From Thermoanaerobaculia bacterium (GTDB taxonomy: Bacteria > Acidobacteriota > Thermoanaerobaculia > Gp7-AA8), in contig DATMNC010000062.1 in assembly GCA_035569395.1 (NCBI GenBank), forward strand, positions 30,591 through 94,590: a stretch of DNA of 64,000 nucleotides, written 5' to 3'. A program made the position numbers and the translations under genes. How positions within the stretch are numbered: position 1 is the stretch's first letter; every line of letters starts with the position of its first letter. Below, piece after piece: positions 41,119 through 51,085 of this stretch. Under the pieces are notes generated by a model. That model was given only the letters and a program-made list of their open reading frames with translations, was not told the DNA's origin and did no database searches.

Positions 41119-41982
41119 ATGGCCACTCTGCCTGTCGAAGGACGCTGGTCGATCAAGTCGATCGCTAATGACGACGTGGCGGGAGCCTTGACGTTCCTGC
41201 GTCGCGATCCGCTCATCAACGTCTACCTCATCTCGCGCATCCTCGAGGAGCGCTTCGCGCCGTCGACGCAGACGGTGGAGGTGCGTCATAACCGCGACGT
41301 CGTCCTGGTGGCCTCCCTGGCGACGAACATCGTCCTGGCCGGCGACAGCGAGTTGCCGCAGGACGTCACGGAGACGGCCATTGCCGTCATCGCCGAGCGT
41401 ATCCTCACACGCATGCTGCCGGTGCGGGCGATCATCTCACCGGCACATCTGGTGGAGATGCTCTGGTTGCGGCTCAGGACGCGGCTCGATCCTCCCACCG
41501 TCGTGCGGATGAATCAGCCGGTCTACGCAATCCGAGGACGGCTCGACTACCCCGATCTGAAGGAGTCGCGCTATGCGACCATGCGCGATCTCGAAGCGCT
41601 CGTCCCCGCCTGCGCGGCCATGCATCGCGAGGAGGTCGGAATCGATCCGCTCGACCGCGATGCCGCCGGCTACCGGGAGCGGGTGCGGGAGCTGGTCGAG
41701 CAGAAACGCTCCGTGATCCGCGTCGTCGATGGCGTCATCGCCGCGAAGTGCGAATACTCGGCGGTCACCAACGAGACCGTGCAGTTGATGGGCGTCTGGA
41801 CCAATCCGCGGTTCCGCCGCCGCGGCTACGCCCGCGCGCTCCTTCGCGAGGTCTGCGGCCACTGCGCGCGGAAGGGAAAGGCGGTGACGCTCTTCGTGAA
41901 CGACTTCAACCTGCCGGCGATCGCGCTGTACGAGGAGCTCGGATTTCAGCGCATCGGGATGAATCGGGCCCTGATCTGGTGA
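41119..41982 (+). CDS. GNAT-family N-acetyltransferase with N-terminal extension domain
   Basis: C-terminal [24 protein letters not shown] is acetyl-CoA binding motif A. Confidence 0.75.
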   Translation: MATLPVEGRWSIKSIANDDVAGALTFLRRDPLINVYLISRILEERFAPSTQTVEVRHNRDVVLVASLATNIVLAGDSELPQDVTETAIAVIAERILTRMLPVRAIISPAHLVEMLWLRLRTRLDPPTVVRMNQPVYAIRGRLDYPDLKESRYATMRDLEALVPACAAMHREEVGIDPLDRDAAGYRERVRELVEQKRSVIRVVDGVIAAKCEYSAVTNETVQLMGVWTNPRFRRRGYARALLREVCGHCARKGKAVTLFVNDFNLPAIALYEELGFQRIGMNRALIW

Positions 41983-42077
41983 CTCCCGAGTGGCAGGCAC
42001 GGCGTGAACATTGCACGATTTCAGCGATAGCCCGGATTCACGCGGCCGGGAACCGCGTTACCAGGCCGGAGGTTGAA

Positions 42078-42299
42078 ATGGCCGAAGTTGGCACAGTCAA
42101 GTGGTTCAACAACGACAAAGGCTACGGCTTCATCAAACGCGATACCGGCGAAGACGTCTTCGTGCACCACAGCGCCATTCAAGCGCAAGGTTACCGGACG
42201 CTGAATGAAGGTGAGCGTGTGGAGTTCGACGTCAAGCAGGGCCCGAAGGGCCTGCAAGCCGAGAACGTCCGCCGCGCGGACGAAGCGCGTACCGCCTAG
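42078..42299 (+). CDS. cspA: cold-shock protein
   Basis: [35 protein letters not shown] (RNP1/RNP2 motifs). Confidence 0.95.
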   Translation: MAEVGTVKWFNNDKGYGFIKRDTGEDVFVHHSAIQAQGYRTLNEGERVEFDVKQGPKGLQAENVRRADEARTA

Positions 42300-42308
42300 C
42301 CGGCACGG

Positions 42309-42343
42309 CCGGCTGCGTTGGCTGCCCAAGGCTCCGCAACCAG
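42309..42343 (+). repeat. ~35-bp dispersed motif CCGGCACGGCCGGCTGCGTTGGmTGCCCAaGGCTC, copy 1 (immediately after cspA stop)
   Basis: Near-identical copies at 50898-50932 and 52154-52183, all on the + strand. Confidence 0.7.
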
Positions 42344-42584
42344 TGGCGCAAGAACGTTTCGGCTCTAGCTCTCGCCTGGCCCGAACCGCGCCATCACGCA
42401 GGCTCCGAGCGTGCCGCCGACGGCCAACGCGGGAAGGGCCGCCCCCTGTCCTTTGAGCGCAAGCACCAGCGCCGCAAGCCCGCCGGCGATGAGGATGAGA
42501 GTGCGCAACGCTACGTCCTGTAGATCGAATCGCATGACGTGGATACGGCGATTGGAGCGCCGTGAGGGTTATTGTACATGACTG

Positions 42585-42628
42585 GGGTTTGTTGCGGCGG
42601 GTTATCGGTTGTCAGTTGTCGGTTGCGA
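42585..42628. repeat. family A repeat, single arm
   Basis: ggggtttgttgcggcgggttatcggttgtcagttgtcggttgcg without an evident complementary arm. Confidence 0.55.
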
Positions 42629-42677
42629 ACAGAGTGGTTCACCGCAGTCATAATTGGACCGATTGGAAGGATCCTCG

Positions 42678-42938
42678 ATGAAATGCCGAGTTTGCGGAGG
42701 GACGCAGCAACCCACAAACACTGATCTCCCCTTCAAGACAGGAGAGCGGTCCATCGTGATCATTAAGTCTCTTCCGGTGATTCAGTGCCCGCAGTGCTAC
42801 GAGTACTCGATCGACGATCCGACGTTGCGGAGAGTGGAGGAGACCCTTGCCAGGGTCGATTCCGGCGCTGAGCTGGAGATCATCCCCTTTGCAGCTGAGT
42901 TCACAGCGCGGGCTTCTCTCGCAACCGAGGGGACTTGA
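42678..42938 (+). CDS. YgiT-type zinc-finger protein (MqsA N-terminal-like)
   Basis: MKCRVCGG...VIQCPQCYEY four-Cys zinc ribbon, about 85 aa; no partner toxin gene evident. Confidence 0.55.
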   Translation: MKCRVCGGTQQPTNTDLPFKTGERSIVIIKSLPVIQCPQCYEYSIDDPTLRRVEETLARVDSGAELEIIPFAAEFTARASLATEGT

Positions 42939-42958
42939 CGCCAGCCCTGGGCCGGATG

Positions 42959-43200
42959 CGCGCGAAGGCGCGCTCAACAATCCAGCCCCGCGCTCGGCGG
43001 AGCACGAGCGCGGGGTAAGAAGTGTCAGCAATTTGCCGGCCGCGGAGGCGGCCGGGACAACCGCCCGGTTCGCGCGAGAAGCGAGATCCTCACAGCCTGT
43101 GGCAGCCGCCTCCGCGGCCGCACCTCAACATCCCATCGATACCCCGCGCCCGCGCTACGCCGAGCGCGGGGCTGAATTGGAGTGCGCGCCTCAGCGCGCA
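42959..43200. repeat. MITE-like nested-palindrome element, copy 2 (homologous to 20419-20647)
   Basis: Shares caatccagccccgcgctcggcg, gccgcggaggcggcc and ccccgcgc.gagcgcggggctgaattg motifs in the same nested arrangement. Confidence 0.7.
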
Positions 43201-43282
43201 ACCGAAATCTTCCCGTCGCGCGCAGAAATTAAAGGTTAGTAGTACAGAGAACCGAGAACCGACAACCCGGCGAAGCCGCGCG

Positions 43283-45244
43283 CTACATCCTCTCCGGCAC
43301 CGGAATCCCCAACAACCCGAGCGTCGCCGCCATCGTCTGACGAAAGACCTCGGCGCACACGGCGCGACGCTGGCGCTCGGCGGGGTCTTTCTCATTGAGG
43401 ATCGGATACTTGTGGTAGAAGCTGTTGAACTTCTGCGCCAGCACGAACAGGTCGTGCGTGATGATCGACAGCTCCAGCGCCTCGGTGGCGCGGCGGATCG
43501 CGGCAGGCAGCTCGGCGCTCAAACGCACCAGCTCCCACATCTCGTCGGTCAAACCTTCAGTGAGCGTCAGCTCGTCGAGTGAGGCGTCGTCGAGCCGTGC
43601 GTCGACGCCGCGCTCGGCCATCTTGCGGAAGATGTTCTCCACGCGGACGGTCGAGTACTGGAGGTATGGGCCGGAATCGCCCTCGAACGTCAGCGCTTCG
43701 TTGAAGTCGAAAGCGATGACTTTGTTGCGGCCGTACTTGAGCATGAAGTAGCGGAGCGCGGCCACGGCGATCTGGCGTCCGAGCTGTTCCGACTCCTCAC
43801 CGGTCAGCCCTTCGCTTCTCCCCTCGCGCACCGACTCCGCGGCTTTCGACTGCAACGCGTCGAGCAGATCGTCAGCCTTGACGCCCAGCCCCTTCCTGCC
43901 TGACATCTCGAGGTACGGTTTCTTCGCGTCCTCCTCGGAGACGTCGATTCCAAGGGCCTTCGCGGTAGCCGGTGTCAGTGCCACCATCTCGTACGAGAAG
44001 TGGATCGAATTCTCCGCCTCGCGGGGGTGACCGAGTTGCCGTACGCCTTCCTTGACGACTTTCTGCAGATAGGCCTGGCGCACGTCGATGACATTGACCA
44101 CTCTCTGCGCCCCGCCGAACCGTGGCGCGTCAGTTGAGCCATCGCCGCTCGTCGTTTCCCACAGCACATGGCCACCCGGGTATGTCGAGAACTTGCGGAA
44201 GTTGAAGGTGCGGTCGAGCAGACCGAACTTCCAGAGCTGATAAGCGATGTCCTTGCCGGTATAGGTGACGGTGCCGTTGGAGCGGACGAGGATCTTGTCC
44301 GGCTCGTTCATCCCTTCGAACTCGGCACTCTCGTCGAGCTTCATCACCCAGCAGTCTTTGTGCTTCCCTTCCGTTTCCTGGATGACGGCACCGCTGGCTT
44401 TCAGCAATTCGAAGGCCCGGTCCCAGAAGTGGAGCGTGATGATGTCGCTCTCTTTCGGCAGCAGGTCGTAGGTGATGCCGAGCCGCAGCATCGTAGCGAT
44501 ATGAAGTTTGACGATGGCCCGGGCGATAGTCGATGCGAATTCAAAGGTGTCGCCCTCGTGGCGTTCGATGTCGTGCAACGTGTCGCGCCGCCACTGTTGC
44601 GCCTCGGGATTCTCGGCGTAGTAGCCGGCCATTTTCGAGTAGACGTCCCAGCAGTAGTAATCGAAGCGCACACACGGGTCGTCGATCATCGCTTTGACCT
44701 CGGCCAGCGATTTCGGCTCGAGATGCCGGAAGGCGACGACGACGTCGGCAACCTGCACGCCGGTGTCGTCGATGTAGTTCTGCGTTTCGACGCGGTAGCC
44801 GAGCCACTTCATGCAGCGGACGAGCGTGTCGCCGAGGACGGAGTTGCGAAGGTGGCCGATGTGGGCGGCTTTGTTCGGATTGATGTTCGTGTGCTCGACG
44901 ATGACGCGCTCGCCGGTCGGTGAGGCCGGCGCCATCACACTGCGGATGTGCGCCGCGGTAAAGGCGCCGCGGTCGAAGCGGAAGTTGAGGTAGCCGGCCC
45001 CTTCGATGGTCACCGACTGCACGAACATCGGCAGTTGCAGGCCGTTGACCATCGCCTCGGCGAGCTCGCGCGGCTTGCGCTTCAGCGCCTTGGCCAGCTC
45101 CAGGCAAAGCGGCGTGGCCAGATCTCCCATCGCCAGGCGCGGCGGGGCCTGCAGAACGACGCGATCGATGGCGTGGCCGAAGAGCGTCAGCACGCGCGCG
45201 GTCAGTGTTTCGGTGAGTTGCTCGGTAATCTGTTCCAGGATCAC
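43283..45244 (-). CDS. argS: arginine--tRNA ligase
   Basis: 653 aa; class I HIGH-type motif NPNKAAHIGHLRN and C-terminal DALR anticodon-binding region. Confidence 0.9.
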   Translation of the reverse strand: MILEQITEQLTETLTARVLTLFGHAIDRVVLQAPPRLAMGDLATPLCLELAKALKRKPRELAEAMVNGLQLPMFVQSVTIEGAGYLNFRFDRGAFTAAHIRSVMAPASPTGERVIVEHTNINPNKAAHIGHLRNSVLGDTLVRCMKWLGYRVETQNYIDDTGVQVADVVVAFRHLEPKSLAEVKAMIDDPCVRFDYYCWDVYSKMAGYYAENPEAQQWRRDTLHDIERHEGDTFEFASTIARAIVKLHIATMLRLGITYDLLPKESDIITLHFWDRAFELLKASGAVIQETEGKHKDCWVMKLDESAEFEGMNEPDKILVRSNGTVTYTGKDIAYQLWKFGLLDRTFNFRKFSTYPGGHVLWETTSGDGSTDAPRFGGAQRVVNVIDVRQAYLQKVVKEGVRQLGHPREAENSIHFSYEMVALTPATAKALGIDVSEEDAKKPYLEMSGRKGLGVKADDLLDALQSKAAESVREGRSEGLTGEESEQLGRQIAVAALRYFMLKYGRNKVIAFDFNEALTFEGDSGPYLQYSTVRVENIFRKMAERGVDARLDDASLDELTLTEGLTDEMWELVRLSAELPAAIRRATEALELSIITHDLFVLAQKFNSFYHKYPILNEKDPAERQRRAVCAEVFRQTMAATLGLLGIPVPERM

Positions 45245-46782
45245 GTAGTGCTCCGTTCCAGCAGCGACTGGCCCGTCATCTCCTTCGGCTGCTCGATGCC
45301 GAGGATATCGAGGATGGTCGGCGCGACATTCTGAAGCGCGCCGCCGCCGCGCAGCGAGCCGAAACGCTTTTGCGCGTCGACGAGGATCAGCGGCACGGGG
45401 TTGATGGTATGCGCGGTGTGCGGCTGGCCCGTGGCCGGATCGAACATCAGCTCGGCGTTGCCGTGGTCCGCGGTGATGAGAGCTACGCCATCGACCTCAT
45501 CGACAGACTTGAGAATCCGATCGATGGCGACGTCTGTATCGTGGACCGCTTCGACCGCCGCCGTCATCACGCCGGTGTGGCCGACCATGTCGGGATTGGC
45601 GATGTTCATGATGATGACGTCGAATTTCTTCGACGCGATCGCCTCGACGACCTTGTCGGTGAGCTCGACGAGCGACATCTCCGGCTTGAGATCGTATGTG
45701 GCCACCTTCGGCGACGGGACGAGGATCCGTTCCTCGCCGGGCGATTTGGTGTCGGAACCGCCGTTGAAGAAGAAGGTGACGTGGGCGTACTTTTCCGTTT
45801 CGGCGATGCGGAGCTGCCTGAGGCCGGCGTGCGAGAGCACTTCGCCGAGATCATTCCTTACCTCCTGCGGCGGAAAAAGCACCGGAAGGGTCCAGTTCTC
45901 GCGGTAGGAGTTCATCGTGGCGAGATGAACCTTCGGGCGCATGGCGCGATGGAAGCCGTCGAAATTGTCGTCCTTGAACGCGGTGACGATTTCGCGCATC
46001 CGGTCCGCGCGGAAATTGAAGAAGACGAGCGAGTCGCCGTCTTCGATACGCCCGCGGTGCGCCCCTTCCGGTGTCAGCACCGAGATCGGCTCGACGAACT
46101 CGTCGGTCACACTTTGCTCGTAGAAGCGGCGCAGCGTTTCCAGCGCGTCTTTCGTCTCCGTGCCGACGCCGACCGTCATCAGGTCGTATCCGCGCTGCAC
46201 GCGGTCCCAGCGCTTGTCGCGGTCCATGGTGAAGTAGCGGCCGATGACGGTGGCCAGATGAGCTTGCGGTTTGCCATCGATGTGGGCGAGGAGATCGCCG
46301 AGGTACTTCTCGGCCGACTTCGGCGGCGTGTCGCGGCCGTCGAGGATGGCGTGGATGAAAACATCGTTCGCCCCCAGTGCGATGGCGGCATCGATGAGGC
46401 CGTGCAGGTGCGACTGCATCGAGTGGACACCGCCGTCCGACAAGAGGCCGGCGAAGTGAATCGCCTTGCCCTCCCTCACGGCGTCGACGAGCACCGGATT
46501 CGCTTCCAGTTCGTGTCGCGAGACCGCCTTCCCTATGCGGACGATGTCCTGATCGACGATACGGCCGGCCCCGATATTGAGATGACCGACCTCCGAGTTC
46601 CCCATCTGGTCGCGCGGCAGACCGACGGCGCGCCCCGAGGCCTCGAGCGTCGTCCACGCCGACTCCCGATACAGCCGGTCAAAGCACGGCGTCTCGGCCT
46701 CGGCGATGGCATTCGATTCGGTTTCCTTGCGGCAACCAAAGCCGTCGATGACGATGAGGATCAGGAAAAGGTGGTCGGGCAT
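45241..46782 (-). CDS. gpmI: 2,3-bisphosphoglycerate-independent phosphoglycerate mutase
   Basis: 513 aa; LILIVIDGFG...SEVGHLNIGAGR iPGM motifs. Confidence 0.95.
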   Translation of the reverse strand: MPDHLFLILIVIDGFGCRKETESNAIAEAETPCFDRLYRESAWTTLEASGRAVGLPRDQMGNSEVGHLNIGAGRIVDQDIVRIGKAVSRHELEANPVLVDAVREGKAIHFAGLLSDGGVHSMQSHLHGLIDAAIALGANDVFIHAILDGRDTPPKSAEKYLGDLLAHIDGKPQAHLATVIGRYFTMDRDKRWDRVQRGYDLMTVGVGTETKDALETLRRFYEQSVTDEFVEPISVLTPEGAHRGRIEDGDSLVFFNFRADRMREIVTAFKDDNFDGFHRAMRPKVHLATMNSYRENWTLPVLFPPQEVRNDLGEVLSHAGLRQLRIAETEKYAHVTFFFNGGSDTKSPGEERILVPSPKVATYDLKPEMSLVELTDKVVEAIASKKFDVIIMNIANPDMVGHTGVMTAAVEAVHDTDVAIDRILKSVDEVDGVALITADHGNAELMFDPATGQPHTAHTINPVPLILVDAQKRFGSLRGGGALQNVAPTILDILGIEQPKEMTGQSLLERSTT

Positions 46783-46798
46783 GATTGCAGCTTCGCTG

Positions 46799-46936
46799 CG
46801 TTGTCGGCTATCGGTTATCGGTTGTCAGGGCGCGATACGACGATTTCTCACGTTCCCGATCGCCGACGGCACCATATCAAACGATCGAGACGCTGAGACG
46901 AACCGACAACCGATAACCGACAACCGACAACGCGGC
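46799..46936. repeat. intergenic hairpin element, family A (arms about 37 bp, 64-bp spacer) in divergent promoter region
   Basis: gcgttgtcggctatcggttatcggttgtcagggcgcg...cgaaccgacaaccgataaccgacaaccgacaacgcgg. Confidence 0.75.
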
Positions 46937-47007
46937 AAAGCCGCATTCCCTCGAACCCTGCTACACTTTCGGCACTAGCGTTCAGCACCGCGGGAGGGGG
47001 CGGACCC

Positions 47008-47205
47008 ATGAAGACCTGGGAGTACAAGATCATCAATGTCCGGTCGGAGAATTACTCGATGGATCCGCGGCGCGCCGAGGAGTTGAATCGGCTCGGCGAC
47101 GACGGATGGGAGCTCGTTAGCATCACCTCGATCAACTTCAAGACCGGCGCGACCGATCACATCGGCATGGTCTTCAAGCGGGAGAAGCAACAACAACCCG
47201 CGTAA
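47008..47205 (+). CDS. DUF4177-like small protein
   Basis: 65 aa; MKTWEYKIINV...LGDDGWELVSI pattern. Confidence 0.55.
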   Translation: MKTWEYKIINVRSENYSMDPRRAEELNRLGDDGWELVSITSINFKTGATDHIGMVFKREKQQQPA

Positions 47206-47243
47206 CTGCTACAGTTCCCTGGAATCAACCGGAGTGACATCCC

Positions 47244-48704
47244 ATGCCGAAGAAAATCCTCCTCGCGGATGACAGCATCACCATTCAGAAGGTCGTCGAG
47301 CTCACGTTTTCTGATGGCGACTATGAAGTGACCGCGGTCAACAACGGCGCGAAGGCGATCCAGAAACTGGCCGAGATGCGGCCCGACATCATCCTCTCGG
47401 ACATCATCATGCCGGAGAAGAACGGCTACGAGGTCTGCGAGTACGTGAAGTCGCATCCCGAGTACCGCAACATCCCGGTGATCCTGCTGACCGGCACGTT
47501 CGAGCCATTCGATCCCGACCGTGCCGACAAGGCCGGCTGCGATGCCGTGGTCACGAAACCGTTCGAGTCGCAGAGCCTCATCCACAAGGTCGAGGAACTG
47601 ATTCAGCAAAGTCAGTCGAGCATTGCCGCCGCCGGGCAGGAACCGGCCGCGGCGGCCGCGGATCCCTTCGCGCATGACAACGACATCTTTTCGGCTGCTC
47701 CGCCGGTGGCGCCGGCGTTCGCCGCGGAGATGCCGTTCGACGCACCGTCCGAGGATTTCAGCGGAGAGACGCGTGCCTTCTCGCGTATGAGCTTCGAGGA
47801 GATGCAGCAGATGGCGAATGAGCCGAGCCTGCCGACGACCGCGCCGCAGCCGGCGATGCCCGAGCCCGAACTTCCGCCGGTCGAGGCTTCACCGGCCGAG
47901 GCTCCAGTAATCGAGCCTTCGCCCTGGGACGAAGCACCATCGGCCTTCGGCGGTGAGACGCGCGCCTTCCCCCGAATGAGCTTCGAGGAGATGCAACAGA
48001 TGGCGGCAGAGCCGTCGGCTCCGCCTCCGCCGCCACCTCCGGCTGCTCCCGAGCCGTCACCATGGGATGAGCCGCAGGACGATGCCTCGACGCGCGCCAT
48101 TCCCAAGATGAGCTTCGAAGAGATGCGCCAGATGGCCGAGGCGTCGCAGGAACAGCCGGCGCCATTCGAGGTACCCAATCCGCCACCGGAGCCGGAAGCG
48201 TCGCCGTGGGATGAACAGCCGGCCGCATTCGCCGCTGAGACGCGTGCCTTCACGCGCATGAGTTTCGAAGAGATGCAGCAGTTGTCGTCGGCTCCCCCCG
48301 CGTCACCTGAGCCGTCATGGTCTCCGACCGCGGATCCGTTCGCAGAACCGGCGCCGGAGCCGGCCGCCGAAGAACCGGACTGGTCGATGCCGGCGCCGAT
48401 TCCCGAAGAGGCCAGCGAGCCGCTCGTCAACAGCCAGATCACCGACGATGTGAATCCGCAGATCGCCGACGTCAACCCCCAGATCACGGACGTCAATGAC
48501 CAGATTACGGACGTCAACTCGCAGATCACCGACGTCAACCCGCAGATTACCGACCTTACCGACGAACAGGTCGACCGCATCGCCCGCCGCGTGGTGCAGA
48601 TGATGTCGGAACAGGTCGTCCGCAACATCGCCTGGGAAGTCATCCCCGACCTCGCCGAGATGGTGGTGAAGGAGAGGATCCGCCAGCTCGAAGCGGAGGC
48701 GTGA
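47244..48704 (+). CDS. response regulator receiver protein with long repetitive C-terminal region
   Basis: N-terminal CheY-like REC (ILLADDS...DIILSDIIMPEKNGYEV...TKPF). Then four copies of ETRAF.RMSFEEMQQ and six 7-aa QITDVN. repeats. C-terminal helix. Confidence 0.8.
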   Translation: MPKKILLADDSITIQKVVELTFSDGDYEVTAVNNGAKAIQKLAEMRPDIILSDIIMPEKNGYEVCEYVKSHPEYRNIPVILLTGTFEPFDPDRADKAGCDAVVTKPFESQSLIHKVEELIQQSQSSIAAAGQEPAAAAADPFAHDNDIFSAAPPVAPAFAAEMPFDAPSEDFSGETRAFSRMSFEEMQQMANEPSLPTTAPQPAMPEPELPPVEASPAEAPVIEPSPWDEAPSAFGGETRAFPRMSFEEMQQMAAEPSAPPPPPPPAAPEPSPWDEPQDDASTRAIPKMSFEEMRQMAEASQEQPAPFEVPNPPPEPEASPWDEQPAAFAAETRAFTRMSFEEMQQLSSAPPASPEPSWSPTADPFAEPAPEPAAEEPDWSMPAPIPEEASEPLVNSQITDDVNPQIADVNPQITDVNDQITDVNSQITDVNPQITDLTDEQVDRIARRVVQMMSEQVVRNIAWEVIPDLAEMVVKERIRQLEAEA

Positions 48705-48706
48705 TT

Positions 48707-48779
48707 GCGGTTGCGCGGTCTCGCGGTTGCGCGGTCTCGAAGTGACCGCGCGACTTCGCGACCACGAGACTCCGCAACC
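48707..48779. repeat. intergenic hairpin element, family B
   Basis: gcggttgcgcggtctcgcggttgcgcggtctcgaagtg / cgcgcgacttcgcgaccacgagactccgcaacc. Confidence 0.75.
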
Positions 48780-48784
48780 TCGTC

Positions 48785-49321
48785 ATGAAGATCTACACCC
48801 GCACCGGTGACACCGGCGAGACGTCGTTGTTCGGCGGCACGCGCGTCCGCAAAGATGATGCGCGGATCGAGGCGTACGGCACGATCGACGAGCTGAATTC
48901 GTTCCTCGGCGTAGCGCGGGCAATCTGGCCGTCGTCGTCCTTCGACGGTGAGCTGCATCTCATCCAGTCGGATCTGTTCGATATCGGAGCGCATCTGGCG
49001 TCGCCCGGCACATCGCGTTTCGCCGGCCCCGATCCGGCGCGGGTGGCGGCGTTGGAGCAGGCCATCGACGCCATGGAGTCCGAGCTCGCACCGCTCAAGT
49101 CGTTCATCCTCCCCGGCGGCAGCCTCGCCGCCGCACACCTTCACGTGGCCCGCACAGTCTGCCGGCGCGCGGAACGCCTGGTGGTCGCACTCAGGGATGA
49201 GGACGAAGCCACGAAGGCCTCGATCACCTACCTGAACCGGCTGTCGGACTTCCTGTTCGTTGCGGCGAGGTTCGCAAACGTCAAACACGGCGTGGACGAC
49301 GTGCCATGGACGGGGAGGTAG
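48785..49321 (+). CDS. ATP:cob(I)alamin adenosyltransferase, PduO/MMAB type
   Basis: MKIYTRTGDTGETSLFGG.RV.KDD.R.EAYG.IDELNS. Confidence 0.85.
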   Translation: MKIYTRTGDTGETSLFGGTRVRKDDARIEAYGTIDELNSFLGVARAIWPSSSFDGELHLIQSDLFDIGAHLASPGTSRFAGPDPARVAALEQAIDAMESELAPLKSFILPGGSLAAAHLHVARTVCRRAERLVVALRDEDEATKASITYLNRLSDFLFVAARFANVKHGVDDVPWTGR

Positions 49322-49496
49322 GCTCCCTGGCAAGTGCTACCGATCACTTAGCCATCACATACGGTCAAGGCCGATAAGTCTCGATAGGTCATAGGTTTGG
49401 CATGACGTCACGTGGACGACGACCGAAGATCGGCCCACTCCAGCCCTGCTGCGGAGCACAGGAACGTCTTGTCTCGTCAGGGGTTAGGCCTCCGAG

Positions 49497-49650
49497 AGTC
49501 TGTTAACTGCCTCTGGAAGGCTATTAACTGCCTCTGGAAGGCTGTTAACTGCCTCTGGAAGGCTGTTAACTGCCTTTGGAAGGCTGTTAACTGCCTCTGG
49601 AAGGCTGTTAACTGCCTCTGGAAGGCTACTAACTGCCTCTCGGAGGCTGT
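49497..49650. repeat. minisatellite: 7 tandem copies of the 22-bp unit GCTGTTAACTGCCTCTGGAAGG
   Basis: Read directly; variants gctattaac, gcctttgg, gctactaac; sits between convergent genes. Confidence 0.85.
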
Positions 49651-49740
49651 TAAAAGCCGGGGGTTACGACCTCTCGCCGGCTCCGCCGGCAATACGTGCT
49701 CGTTCGCCGGTTCCGTTGATGACGGATATCCTTTCCAGTA

Positions 49741-50643
49741 CTAATCGCCTGCTTCCCGCCGTTTCGGCGGATTCGCGGAGTTGCGCCAAGCGGACCACCA
49801 CAGGTCGCGCAAGAGCGAGGCTCCCGCGGCCAGACGTTCGGCGGCAAACGTCTTCCCTTCCGGCAATGACGGTTTGCGGAAGAGGTCGAAGCCGCCGGCT
49901 TTGTCGACGCGATAGACCTCTTCCACCAGTGCGTTCGACTGGCGGACGAATGTGATCGCGGTGTCGAAGTAGTCGGTGCGCAACTTCGGCGCGGTCATCT
50001 TCGACACGATGTCACCGGTCGAGATTGCGTGGGAGACGAAGTCGGACTCGAAACGGGCGTGGATCTGACAGTCGTTCGCGTAACCGTTCGGGTTAGGCAT
50101 GATCCAGCCGTTGTAGCTGATCGTGTCGTGCAGCGGGTTCGAGGCGTCGGCGACGAAATGCCCGAGGACGCCGGAGTCGCGGACGATGTCGCGCTCGATG
50201 AAGAGGCGGTCGGGCGAGTCCGGCGCCGCGCTGCGCCAGAGACGCCATTCGACGGTGAGCTGCTCGCACATCTCGGCGATGCGCCACGGCAGAAAGCCGG
50301 GATCCGTGTTCCGGATGCCGTATCTGCGCAACGTGCCGGACGTGGTCAGCAACGCCACGAACGAGTAGCGGTCGCGCGGCAGTTGCAGCGCGGCGATGTA
50401 CTCGTAGTTCATAACGTGATCGGGAGCGTTCGACGCGTCGAGCGCCGGCCCGCCGCCCCGCCAGCGGTCAGGATTCGGTCCTAGCCAGATGAGCTGCGGG
50501 AACTGGCGATAGAAAAACTGGGGCATGTCGGCCGGCAGTCCGAACGTGGCTGCCTCGTTTGCCATCAGATGGCCTGCCTGCCCCCACGCGAAGGCGGGGA
50601 CGGCGGCGAGTGAGAGGAGAAGGGCGAGGATGAGTCGTTTCAC
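49741..50643 (-). CDS. secreted S1/P1 nuclease-family (zinc-dependent) protein
   Basis: Signal peptide MKRLILALLLSLAAVPAFA then WGQAGHLMANEAA resembling the S1-P1 nuclease N-terminus (WG..GH). Confidence 0.55.
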   Translation of the reverse strand: MKRLILALLLSLAAVPAFAWGQAGHLMANEAATFGLPADMPQFFYRQFPQLIWLGPNPDRWRGGGPALDASNAPDHVMNYEYIAALQLPRDRYSFVALLTTSGTLRRYGIRNTDPGFLPWRIAEMCEQLTVEWRLWRSAAPDSPDRLFIERDIVRDSGVLGHFVADASNPLHDTISYNGWIMPNPNGYANDCQIHARFESDFVSHAISTGDIVSKMTAPKLRTDYFDTAITFVRQSNALVEEVYRVDKAGGFDLFRKPSLPEGKTFAAERLAAGASLLRDLWWSAWRNSANPPKRREAGD

Positions 50644-50706
50644 GGAGCGCGCATTGTAGTGAAATGAAAACGGCCCCGCGTGACGCGGAGCCGGTCAAAA
50701 TCCAAT

Positions 50707-50784
50707 TGGTCGGGGCAAGAGGATTTGAACCTCCGACCTCACGGTCCCGAACCGTGCGCTCTAACCAGGCTGAGCTATGCCCCG
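50707..50784 (-). tRNA. tRNA-Pro (anticodon CGG), CCA encoded
   Basis: Reverse complement folds as CGGGGCA/UGCCCCG acceptor, GCUC/GAGC D-stem, CACGG-UUCGGGA-CCGUG anticodon arm (CGG), GGAGG-UUCAAAU-CCUCU T-arm, discriminator A, CCA. Confidence 0.85.
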
Positions 50785-50897
50785 GGAGTTCAGACGCGCT
50801 GGAAGGCGCGAAAAAGAGACGCGGATTCTAGGGGAACCGCGCAGCCCGGTCAAACCGGCCCCCTCCGGGGTTCATTCCGTCAGAAGCGCCGGCAAGG

Positions 50898-50932
50898 CCG
50901 GCACGGCCGGCTGCGTTGGATGCCCACGGCTC
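50898..50932 (+). repeat. ~35-bp dispersed motif, copy 2
   Basis: ccggcacggccggctgcgttggatgcccacggctc. Confidence 0.7.
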
Positions 50933-51085
50933 GACCACCATCTTCGTTTCATCCTCCTGCCGCGAAGACTCGAGGACCGTCTGTACATAGCGGTGACAAT
51001 GCGTCGTGAACCGCGCGCCGTGGCTACCCCGGCGGAATCCCCTCTCCTCGCATCGTCGTTTGCACCGGCGAAGGGGGACGACTTT

